A DNA stretch of 39,569 nt from Candidatus Nanohaloarchaea archaeon (GTDB lineage: Archaea; Nanohalarchaeota; Nanosalinia; Nanosalinales; Nanosalinaceae), in NCBI GenBank assembly GCA_042218325.1, contig JBDGRE010000030.1:1-39569 (forward strand), in the 5' to 3' direction. This document shows positions 8,479 through 16,594 of this stretch, piece after piece. A program made the translations under genes and the position numbers. The notes under the pieces are model-generated. The model did no database searches, was not told where the DNA came from, and worked only from the letters and a program-made list of their open reading frames with translations. Numbering within the stretch: position 1 is the stretch's first letter; each line of letters opens with the position of its first letter.

Positions 8479-9110
8479 CTCTCCCGGTCGTCGAGAAGCT
8501 CCAGGAACTCGCGGGCCGCCTCCGAGCTGGAATCAGGCCCCCTGGCCGTGACCAGGTTCCCGTCCCGGACGACTGAAGTATCCTGCGAGAGGTTAGAGCG
8601 CCATACCGCTCCCGCGGACTTCACGATGGCCTCGACCCTGTAAGGCAGCTTCCTGCCTTCCCTGACCTCATCACCATCGACCTGGTCGGTCTCCCACTCA
8701 TCGGGGAAGCCTGTCACCTCCCTGCCATCCACGAGCTCGGGCAGGAAGCCGAGGACTCCCACGGCGTGACAGATGACGAGAGCTCCCGCATCATCGACCT
8801 TCGATACCAGGAGCTCCTGGACGTGCCTGTCCTGGTTTATATCCCAGAGCGTTCCGTGGCCGCCCGGAAGCACCAGGGCGTCGTACTCGTCCTGGTCGCG
8901 GTAGGCCTCCATCAGCGAGGAGGGATCCTGCAGATGCCCGCTGTCCTCGATGAACTCCCTGTAACCCTCCACCGAAGCAGCATCCGGCTCAGGCCTAGAG
9001 CCGGTAGGGGTCGCCAGCTCCACTTCGTGTCTTTCCGATATCATTTTGAGAGGCTCGATACACTCCTCAGCCCAGTAGCCCTGCTCGGTCAACACGAAAA
9101 GTACTTTCAT
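8475..9110 (-). CDS. DJ-1/PfpI (class I glutamine amidotransferase-like) protein
   Basis: GYWAEE, PGGHG, ICHA nucleophile elbow, DGNLVTARGP. Confidence 0.93.
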   Translation of the reverse strand: MKVLFVLTEQGYWAEECIEPLKMISERHEVELATPTGSRPEPDAASVEGYREFIEDSGHLQDPSSLMEAYRDQDEYDALVLPGGHGTLWDINQDRHVQELLVSKVDDAGALVICHAVGVLGFLPELVDGREVTGFPDEWETDQVDGDEVREGRKLPYRVEAIVKSAGAVWRSNLSQDTSVVRDGNLVTARGPDSSSEAAREFLELLDDRES

Positions 9111-9163
9111 GGAGTTTATAACCGGGATAAGGCTTTTAGGGTTTTACGCAGCACCGTTCCGAA

Positions 9164-9797
9164 GTGATAGTAATAGACGGCTGCAGGGGAGGATGTATAG
9201 CCGCAAACCATACCGGTGATAGCTGGGAGGTATGGAGGACGGGATCACTGGACGAGCTCGAGTTCGATAAAGCGATCATAGACGTGCCGGTAGCCATATC
9301 GGATGAGGGAACGAGGAGATGCGACAGGGGGGGCCCGGAGTTTCCTTTCACCGGAAAGACACGGTTCTGTCTTCAACTGTCCTGTCAGGAAGGCGGTCTA
9401 AGCCGACAGCTACGAGGAAGCCTGCGATATCAACGAAAGTATCTCAGGTAAGAGGATATCACGCCAGTCTTGGGACATAGTTCCCGAGATAAGAGAGGTG
9501 AGAAGGTGCGACGGCCTCGAGATGAGGGAGGGTCACCCGGAAGTCTTCTTCAAAGCTATCGCCCCCGAGTTAGTGAAGCAGTCGGAGAGAACCGCGAAAG
9601 GTAAGGAACTAAGGAAGAAGGTGCTTTCCAGGTTCGGGGAACTACCGGATCTGGAGCAGCTGCCCGGCTCGACAGATGACAAGCCTGATGAGATGGTGCT
9701 TTCTCTCGGCGTAGAGCTAGAGCTGGAGACCCTTCCCGAGTCCGCCGAAGAGAACATCAAGGGCGAGAAGATGAGGATACTCAGGCCTCGACCGTAG
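9164..9797 (+). pseudogene. DUF429 (RNase H-like predicted nuclease) pseudogene
   Basis: IDGCRGG, IDVP, RRCD then a +1 shift in the G7 run 9327-9333 continues ARSFLS..SVFNCPVRKAV, in-frame TAA 9399-9401, then SRQSW..EGHPEVFF. Confidence 0.8.
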
Positions 9798-9838
9798 ACC
9801 ACCGAAACTGGTAAAGCCCGCGACGAGAAGAACTTTTT

Positions 9839-10264
9839 ATGGTAGATTATCCTGTAGATTTCCGGACATCATCTGGAGCAAGAGCATCAGAAAAAACATG
9901 GAGCAGCAAGGTATCCGGAGAGTCAATCAAGGTCTCAGCTCCCGAAGAGTTCGGGGGAGAGAAGCAGTCGGCCTCACCCGAGGAGCTGTACACTGCATCG
10001 CTGGAGAACTGTCTGCTCGCAACTTTCAAGCAGATAGCCGAGAGGAAGGGGCTCGAGTACGAGGAGATAAGCTCAGAGGCGGTGGCGGAGCTCGCAAGGA
10101 ACGAGGATTCTCGACCGGTGATGAAGAAGGTGAGGATAGAGATAGAGGTTGAAGGCATAGAAGACGAGGATCAAGCTTCCAGGGTAAAGAAGGCCGCTAT
10201 CAGGAACTGCTTCATACACAGGTCGGTCAAGACGGAAGTGGATCAGGAATTCCGGTGGCTCTAG
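9839..10264 (+). CDS. OsmC/Ohr family protein
   Basis: PEEFGG, SPEELYTASLENC, CFIHRSV two-Cys signature. Confidence 0.92.
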   Translation: MVDYPVDFRTSSGARASEKTWSSKVSGESIKVSAPEEFGGEKQSASPEELYTASLENCLLATFKQIAERKGLEYEEISSEAVAELARNEDSRPVMKKVRIEIEVEGIEDEDQASRVKKAAIRNCFIHRSVKTEVDQEFRWL

Positions 10265-10501
10265 ATGGACTGGGAAAGGCTGGAAGGAAGGTTCGAGGAG
10301 CACTTCGGCACCACAGGAGATGAAGAGGACGAACTGGTCTACAGCTCCGCTTCATCCCGGTTCAGTATCTCCCGCTCCGGGAAGGTCGAGGCCGAGATGC
10401 CTCTTCACAACTTCAGCGCGGAAAGCTTCGAGCAGATAGAGTTCCTTGATAACCGGATAGAAGTCAGGTCCGGCGACACTTTCTACGAGTTCAGGAAATA
10501 G
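10265..10501 (+). CDS. small acidic hypothetical protein
   Basis: Starts immediately after the OsmC stop; acidic composition. Confidence 0.7.
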   Translation: MDWERLEGRFEEHFGTTGDEEDELVYSSASSRFSISRSGKVEAEMPLHNFSAESFEQIEFLDNRIEVRSGDTFYEFRK

Positions 10502-10560
10502 AATAGTTTGAACCGGGCACCTGCTTCTTAAGCATCGCTCCAGCATTCGTGGATACAGCC

Positions 10561-11094
10561 ATGAGACGACTACTGATAGCATTCGCTGTCGCCGCGTTCG
10601 TGGCGGCGGGAGCTGCACAGCCTTCGGGTGCCGGGCCTAACATGGCCGGTGGTCCTGACTCTGCCCGACAGGGTCAGGTGACTACCATGGGCAACCAGTC
10701 CGGGAACCAGACAGGCAACGAGACCCGCGGAAACGTTTCCCGTGGTCCCGGCCGTAGCGCGCAGTTTGATGCTAGGCTTATGACCGCTATCAACACGGTT
10801 GACGCGCTGACAAAAATCGCTCCGAACGACGACGTTGAGCAGCGACTCGAGAGAGCTCTGGAGATCCTGCGCAACGTGAAGGAGGACACTGATACGGCCA
10901 GCCTCGGACCTGATAACGAGACAAGTGATGAAGACACCGGAGAAAGAGGGCCGCCCGCTGACAGAGGTCCTGGACAGCAGGGGCCTCCTGAAGACGCAGG
11001 TTCTTCCGGCCAGCAGGGACCACAGAACCGTGGACGCCAGGGCGGCGGACCACCTGGATTCGTCCGGCGCATGCTCGGCGGCCTGTTCGGCTAG
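10561..11094 (+). CDS. secreted Gly/Pro/Gln-rich protein with C-terminal GPPGFV...LFG tail
   Basis: Signal peptide MRRLLIAFAVAAFVAAGAAQP; GPP/GPQ repeats. Confidence 0.82.
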   Translation: MRRLLIAFAVAAFVAAGAAQPSGAGPNMAGGPDSARQGQVTTMGNQSGNQTGNETRGNVSRGPGRSAQFDARLMTAINTVDALTKIAPNDDVEQRLERALEILRNVKEDTDTASLGPDNETSDEDTGERGPPADRGPGQQGPPEDAGSSGQQGPQNRGRQGGGPPGFVRRMLGGLFG

Positions 11095-11120
11095 AACCAT
11101 TACCTTTCCTCTCTTTTTTT

Positions 11121-11836
11121 CTATAGGAAGCTTCGCACAGCATTCCGCATACCGGTAGCATCCCTCTTGACGAAAGATATAATCAGCGCCATAGGATATA
11201 CCAAGAGTCTCTCGACCAGAATTATCTCCCGGTAGGCATCCTCAAGACCCTGCCTGAAATCTCGTCTTTCCTCGGATGGTAGAGCGAGAATGTGGGCGTA
11301 AAGGTTTGCGATACCGAAGCTCTTCTCCCTTTTTGAGGCGCTTTGAGAACCGTACTCGTGGTCGACAGTGTATACCTCCTCGCCCGACACGTCAGGAAGT
11401 TATATAGACTGTTGTCCAGCAGGCATATCTGGCTGTTGTGCAGATTCTTCAGGAACTCACCTACTAGTTCTCCTGCCTTTCGAGGGTTTCCATCGCCCTC
11501 CATGCACTCCCGAATTGCCTGCCTTTCTACCTCTTCAAGTTCGAGCGCCACTTCACCATCGTGGAGAACCTCTGGTACCTTGAAACCGTGTGAAGCCAGT
11601 GACTGCTTTAGCTCTCTATCCCTTTCTTTCCTGGTGCGCCAGTCAATGAACTCTCTCCTGCCCAGCAAGGTTCCTAAAGGGTTGAATATGGCTGCATTGA
11701 ACGGTCTGCGAGAGAAGTATTTGATGATAGTACCTTCCCCGGTATGGTAGACATCGTTTGTGACCGCCCAATCTACAGATTCCGCACCTTCAAACTTTTC
11801 CTGAAGATAATCCCAAGGTTCCGGATGTCAGAACAT
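11121..11836 (-). pseudogene. Bud32/Kdo-like protein-kinase-fold pseudogene
   Basis: Fragments in different frames: MF*HPEPW..NDVYHTG / IIKYF..KVPEVL..LHNSQICLLDNSLYNFL / VYTVDHEYG; one stop and two frameshifts. Confidence 0.65.
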
Positions 11837-11878
11837 GGTGAAAGTAGCGCAGGGATCAGATAAAATACAACCGAGGTA

Positions 11879-11973
11879 TTAAACGGAACTGAACGAGTTC
11901 TTCCGAGAGTTAAACGCTATTGAACAAGAATTCAACCGCTTTGAACGTTCTTTCACGGATACGCCATATAAGG
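11879..11973 (+). promoter_or_regulatory. promoter with helically phased YTNAAC-like direct repeats and TATA box
   Basis: Hexamers at 11879, 11889, 11910, 11920, 11931, 11941, 11951; TATAAGG at 11967; ATG 12001. Confidence 0.78.
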
Positions 11974-12000
11974 GTCGTTTCTCTATCTCGGGGTAAAACG

Positions 12001-12888
12001 ATGAAATCGACACACGCGACGACGGCATTCGCAGCGGCGCTATTGTTCGCAGGATTTATTTCACCTGCAGCAGCGCAACCCACGAACGCACAGGCGCAGG
12101 TAGATGCGCAGGCCTCCGCACAGGCCGAAAGTAACAGTTTTGGACAGATAATGAGCCAGCTCCAGTCCCTCCAGGAGCGGCTGACAATTATAGAGAACAG
12201 GCTCTCCAGCCTCGAAGCACAGGTAAACGCCCAGGGCGAGGCAGAGGCTGAAGCCTCGCAGAACGGGCAGAGAGGCCCTCCAGAGCACGCCGGCCCCGAG
12301 AACCGCGGTAAGCCTGAAGACGCCCGGGGAGCGAACGGCGCAGAGGTCAACCACTCCGTAACGGTCGAGGACGGCAAGAAGACTATCGGGCACGAGGTCA
12401 CGAAGAACGGCGACACCCTCGTCAGCTTCGTGAAAGAGATCTTCGTCGGACCAAAGGCTTCCGCAAACGCAGAGGCAGAGAGCGACTCCGACAGCCAGGT
12501 CACCGGCGACGAGAGCGAGGAAGGGCTCGACCTCGAGTTCACGTCCAACGTTTCACAGGGCGAGAACGCCACCATCAACGTCACGGAAAACAGCGAGGCG
12601 GTCGCCAACGCCACAGTCACAGTCAACGGAGAATTAGTCGGCCAGACAGATGCCAGCGGGACAGCCACTTTCACGGTCCCCAACGAAGAGAAGGTGAAAG
12701 TCAAGGTCGAGAAGGGCGACCACACCGCCGAGCTCGAGGTAGAGTTCGAGTCAGAAGCAGAGACCGGCAGCAGTGAAGCAAACGAGACCGGGGCAGAGAC
12801 AGAGTCCAGCGCCTCGGCAGAGGCGAACAGTTCAAACTCCGGAGCAGAGGCCGAAGCGGAGCTTTCCGCAGAGGCAAGCCTCCAGTAG
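12001..12888 (+). CDS. secreted/surface protein (coiled coil, Ig-like beta domain, acidic Ala/Ser/Glu tail)
   Basis: Signal peptide ending AAAQP; VANATVTVNGELVGQTDASG beta-sandwich pattern; several NxS/T sequons. Confidence 0.85.
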   Translation: MKSTHATTAFAAALLFAGFISPAAAQPTNAQAQVDAQASAQAESNSFGQIMSQLQSLQERLTIIENRLSSLEAQVNAQGEAEAEASQNGQRGPPEHAGPENRGKPEDARGANGAEVNHSVTVEDGKKTIGHEVTKNGDTLVSFVKEIFVGPKASANAEAESDSDSQVTGDESEEGLDLEFTSNVSQGENATINVTENSEAVANATVTVNGELVGQTDASGTATFTVPNEEKVKVKVEKGDHTAELEVEFESEAETGSSEANETGAETESSASAEANSSNSGAEAEAELSAEASLQ

Positions 12889-12897
12889 GTGACCTAG

Positions 12898-13103
12898 ATG
12901 GAGGAAGTCGAGTTCCGGTGTACTAACTGCGGCAGGACCGTCGAGAGAGATATCCTTCCCACCAAGCATGCCATACTTGAACCTTGCCGGATATCAACCG
13001 GACGGCCGCCTGCTGCAGCAAACCCGATTACGAGGACGATGAGGGGTTCCGCCGCTCAAGGCAGGAGGTCTCCTTCCGGGACTTCATACCCGGGAGAGCC
13101 TGA
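12898..13103 (+). pseudogene. small zinc-finger protein, apparently frameshifted
   Basis: MEEVEFRCTNCG; after about 12985 another frame gives PDINRTAACCSKPDYEDDEGF..GRA* (TGA 13101-13103), supplying the second Cys pair. Confidence 0.5.
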
Positions 13104-13171
13104 AACCCTCCTCTCCGTTCCCCCTCCTTGAACGAGTTTAAAACGATAAGATGGACAAAAGGATGATAGAT

Positions 13172-13981
13172 ATGACCAAACTACACGCCATAATCGCGAT
13201 AACAGCGCTGCTGTCAGGAACCGCAGCGGCCCAGCCGGCCGATGTTCCGGCTGCGGGCATGACGCCCGGCGACCTGTTCTACGGGCTGGAGAGAGCCTCC
13301 GAGGCCCTGGAGCTCGCGGTGGCCTCCGCACCGGTTATCGGCAGTGATGAACTTGCGGCGAAAGTAAGGGCGAACCACGCCGCGGAGAGGCTGTCCGAGG
13401 CCCGGAAACTCGCGGAGAAGAACAAAACAGAGAAGGTCGAGCAGCTGATGGATCAGTACAGCAGGGGCATGAACCGGTCGGTCCAGGCCGCGAAGAGGTC
13501 CGGGAAGCCCGAGTTCGTCTCACGGCTCAAGAACGTCTCCAGCAACCAGGTAAAGGTGCTTGAACAGGTCAAACAGCAGGTTCCTGGACCCGCGAAGAAG
13601 GGTATCGAGAACGCCATCGAGAACAGCCGGAAGAACCAGGAAGAACTCGAGCTACCCGAACAGGCCCGGAAAAGGCCCGGAACCGAGAAGGGCAACAGCG
13701 ATGAAAGCCAGGGGAGAGGTGAGGTCAATATCTCCGTTGGAGACAAACCCTCGACCGGAAACCCTGGAAAGGGAAGACACGAGCCCGGCGAGCAGCCTGG
13801 AAATCCTCCAGAGCCGGGGAAGCCGGACGAAAGCGGGGCGACCAAGGGCTCCACGGGAACCGGGCAGGTCCCTGACGAGGTCAACAACTCGGCTTCAGCC
13901 GCCAGTAACGCCAGCCCTGGACAGGACGCGCAGCAAACCCCCAGGATAGCGGAAAACGCAAGCTTCTCCGGGCTGCAGTAG
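13172..13981 (+). CDS. secreted DUF5667-like protein with Pro/Gly-rich tail
   Basis: Signal peptide ending AAAQP; AGMTPGDLFYGLERASE...AAERLSEA motif. Confidence 0.8.
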   Translation: MTKLHAIIAITALLSGTAAAQPADVPAAGMTPGDLFYGLERASEALELAVASAPVIGSDELAAKVRANHAAERLSEARKLAEKNKTEKVEQLMDQYSRGMNRSVQAAKRSGKPEFVSRLKNVSSNQVKVLEQVKQQVPGPAKKGIENAIENSRKNQEELELPEQARKRPGTEKGNSDESQGRGEVNISVGDKPSTGNPGKGRHEPGEQPGNPPEPGKPDESGATKGSTGTGQVPDEVNNSASAASNASPGQDAQQTPRIAENASFSGLQ

Positions 13982-14038
13982 GACTGTTGCAGCCCCCTGA
14001 TACGCTCTTTTTTATTTTTACAGCAGGAAAGAGCCTCT

Positions 14039-14410
14039 ATGGCAGTCCCGTTTCCCGAGGCACAGCTCGAAGCACTCATCTACATGGCCCTGGGAGCCCT
14101 GCTATCTCTTACTATCGTGCTCGGGGTGTACGCCCAGAGGCTGAAGAAGCGGCTGGAAGGCACGGACGAGGAACCCGGGATCAGAATCGACCGGATGGGG
14201 CTGTCTCTACGCGCGGAGGAAGTACTGGAAACGGTAATGGAAGAACCGATGCTGCAGAGTGAACTCCCGAGCGAGCTCAAGGTATCGAAGGCGACCATCA
14301 GCAACGCTGTCTCGGAGCTTTTCGAGCGGAACCTTGTGAGGAAGAAAAAGAAGGCCAACACTTATCTCATCGAGCCGCGGATGGACAAGATAGAAGAGCA
14401 GGCCCGGTAG
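14039..14410 (+). CDS. membrane-anchored winged-HTH transcriptional regulator (COG2512-like)
   Basis: N-terminal TM helix; LQSELPSELKVSKATISNAVSELFERNLVRKKK..NTYLI wHTH. Confidence 0.85.
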   Translation: MAVPFPEAQLEALIYMALGALLSLTIVLGVYAQRLKKRLEGTDEEPGIRIDRMGLSLRAEEVLETVMEEPMLQSELPSELKVSKATISNAVSELFERNLVRKKKKANTYLIEPRMDKIEEQAR

Positions 14411-14446
14411 GCGAGCTGATAAAAGATTTGCGGTCCATGCTATCCT

Positions 14447-14929
14447 GCTGGAGGCGGAGAGACCGCCACCGCTGGCCGAAGGTCTTACGACCTTCTTTAT
14501 CGGCTTCCAATAGCCGAGAAAAGCCGAGTGAGGAAAGTCCCGACACCACGACGGGCAACTTCGCGTTGCCGGTCGTAGAGAAGCTCCCAGCGAGCTTCGT
14601 AAAGTGCGACAGCCGTAAGGGCTGTGACCGGGAGGTTCAAGAAGCGCTCCGTAACCTGTTTAATACCAGGGTAGGACGTTTCAACGGGCAGCAGAAACGA
14701 CACGTCCCCGGATAACGGGATGAGGGCCAGTATATCACGGTAACGGTGTCATGACCGGCGCCGTGTTGAAATGCCTGACATCTCCGGGGGAGCGATGAAA
14801 CGGGCCCAGCGCAGGGTGCAAGCCGAGAAGGTGCGTAGTCAAATGCTGGTCACCGTCGTTCCTCTGGAACGGCGTTGGAGAAGAGCTCCGCTCTTCGATA
14901 ACAGAATCGGGCTTACTCCCGCCTCCAGC
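14447..14929 (+). ncRNA. rnpB: RNase P RNA
   Basis: GAGGAAAGTCCCGA (14530) pairs with ACAGAATCGGGCTTA (14901) as P4; P1 GCTGGAGGCGGAG / CTCCCGCCTCCAGC; CAGAAA and TGAAAC conserved segments. Confidence 0.93.
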
Positions 14930-14966
14930 TCTAACACTTTTGAAGCTACGCGTACAAAATCACATT

Positions 14967-15128
14967 ATGGCGAAGGATGACCAGGTGCAGATGCCGTCCT
15001 CGCAGGGCGGGCTTGTACAGTACTTCGACGCCGACTCCGGCATGGATCTCGACCCGAAAGTGGTCGTGGGCGCGACTTCAGCCGTCGCCATCGTCATGCT
15101 GGCGCTCAACATGGGTCTTCTCGTCTGA
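14967..15128 (+). CDS. secG: preprotein translocase subunit Sec61beta
   Basis: MPSSQGGLVQYFD..LDPKVVV followed by a single C-terminal TM helix. Confidence 0.9.
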   Translation: MAKDDQVQMPSSQGGLVQYFDADSGMDLDPKVVVGATSAVAIVMLALNMGLLV

Positions 15129-15177
15129 TTCCTGACGTTATTTAATACTTCTACAGGCAAACTCTTCGTACAGATGC

Positions 15178-15345
15178 GGGGCCGTAGCTCAGCCCGGACA
15201 GAGCACTCGGCTTCTAGCCACCGGCTTCTCCCGTCAGGGAGATGGCGGTTTGAGAAGCGAATACTTGGAGCTTCGAGCGCTCCTTCTCCGCAAGGAGAAG
15301 CGGGAAGCTACCGAGTTGTCGAGGGTTCAAATCCCTCCGGCCTCG
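15178..15345 (+). tRNA. tRNA-Arg(TCT) with 93-nt intron (15217-15309) at 37/38
   Basis: Acceptor GGGGCCG/CGGCCTC; anticodon TCT 15213-15215; bulge-helix-bulge CTTC/GAAG with 3-nt bulges; T arm GAGGGTTCAAATCCCTC; no encoded CCA. Confidence 0.95.
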
Positions 15346-15350
15346 TTCAT

Positions 15351-15788
15351 ATGCCTCTAGAAATCGAGGAGACCTCTTTCGAAGAGGTCAACGCTATCCA
15401 CAGACAAATCCCGGAATTCGGCGAGGAACACCTTGAGGAACGGTATCACGACCGGTGCCCTGACTCAGATCCATCCCGCCTGGTAGCCCGGGAAAACAGC
15501 GAAAAATACGGTTACGTCGTCGCCTACGACAAGTTCGGGGACGGCTCTTACTACGTCTGGATGGCCGGAGTTAAACCGGATTACCGGAGAGAAGGGGTTA
15601 TGTCTGCCCTGGTAGAAAGGGTACTGGAAATCGCGGATAGCAAGAAATACGAGGCCGTCAAAATCAAGACCCGGAACGAGAGAAAGGCCATGAGACACCT
15701 TCTGATAAATCGGGGATTCGAAGTCTGTGGCTACAACGAGAAGGAAAACCTCGACCGGGGCGAGATAATTCATATCAAGGAACTATGA
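15351..15788 (+). CDS. GNAT family N-acetyltransferase
   Basis: WMAGVKPDYRREGV acetyl-CoA motif; real start likely ATG 15351 after the tRNA. Confidence 0.88.
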   Translation: MPLEIEETSFEEVNAIHRQIPEFGEEHLEERYHDRCPDSDPSRLVARENSEKYGYVVAYDKFGDGSYYVWMAGVKPDYRREGVMSALVERVLEIADSKKYEAVKIKTRNERKAMRHLLINRGFEVCGYNEKENLDRGEIIHIKEL

Positions 15789-16558
15789 CGAAGACTAGCT
15801 CTCCCAGGGAGGCAGAGACACTGGTGCAGAAGCTGCCCTCGGACATGGGTATACACCGGAACCCGAGGAAGGGAACTTTGAACGCGCCGGAAGTCATCCT
15901 TGAGGACTTCGATTTCCTGGGAACTGTCTTCCTGGACGAGGTGTTCCCCGACGAGTTCGACCTTGAGGAGACTCATAGACGTATCGAGGAGAACACCCGG
16001 GAGCTGCTGGAGTACGGGAAGCCGCTGCTGGGCATCGGCGGCGACCACTCAGTGAGTTTCCCTGTTATCAAAGCGCTGAAGGAAAGACATTCCGGGCTCC
16101 AGCTGGTGTGGCTCGACGCCCACCTCGACATGAAGGAGCCAGTCGACGGCCACGCGTCGCACGACGTGGTGCTGAGAGAGTTAATAGGGAGTGGTTTCGA
16201 GCCTTCAGAGTTGTGGGTCGTTGGCGTGACGCGCGTCGACCAGGACGAGGAAGAGTTGATGGAGCAGCACGACTTCAACATCTACCGCAGCAACGAGGTA
16301 GAAGAGTTCAGGCGAGAGTTCGATTCCGGCGAACAACCCGTGTATCTCAGCGTGGATATCGACGTTCTCGACCCGGAGGAGGCGCCGGGGACCGGGTACC
16401 CGGACGGAGAGCTTTCCCCAGAGCAGGCCGGGGAAGTCATAGAGACCGTTGAACCGGATTTCGCCGACCTGGTCGAGGTGGCGCCCCCGCTGGAAGAAGG
16501 AAATAGGACCGCCGAGAACGCCCGCGTACTGCTACGCCGACTTTCGGAAGCGCTCTAG
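15785..16558 (+). CDS. arginase/agmatinase family ureohydrolase
   Basis: GGDHS, WLDAHLD, SVDIDVLDP..APGTG, DLVEVAP. Confidence 0.92.
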   Translation: MTKTSSPREAETLVQKLPSDMGIHRNPRKGTLNAPEVILEDFDFLGTVFLDEVFPDEFDLEETHRRIEENTRELLEYGKPLLGIGGDHSVSFPVIKALKERHSGLQLVWLDAHLDMKEPVDGHASHDVVLRELIGSGFEPSELWVVGVTRVDQDEEELMEQHDFNIYRSNEVEEFRREFDSGEQPVYLSVDIDVLDPEEAPGTGYPDGELSPEQAGEVIETVEPDFADLVEVAPPLEEGNRTAENARVLLRRLSEAL

Positions 16559-16594
16559 AAAACTGTTTTCAAGCTTCCGAGTCGAAACAGGTCT

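Noticed and set aside
9327-9333. Phase-variable poly-G switch in the DUF429 gene
   Set aside because: The run is only 7 nt, and a downstream in-frame TAA would still truncate the protein.
11879-11956. CRISPR or mini-array interpretation of the short repeats
   Set aside because: Units are 6 bp with 4-5 bp spacers; no 25-40 bp repeats or cas genes anywhere in the window.
14428-14980. ORFs 14428-14715, 14497-14703 and 14771-14980
   Set aside because: They overlap the RNase P RNA and have basic, non-host-like composition.
15217-15309. C/D-box guide RNA or homing endonuclease in the tRNA intron
   Set aside because: No RTGATGA or CTGA boxes; too short for an ORF.
15174-15350. N-terminal extension of the GNAT ORF
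   Set aside because: It runs through tRNA-Arg; ATG 15351 is the plausible start.
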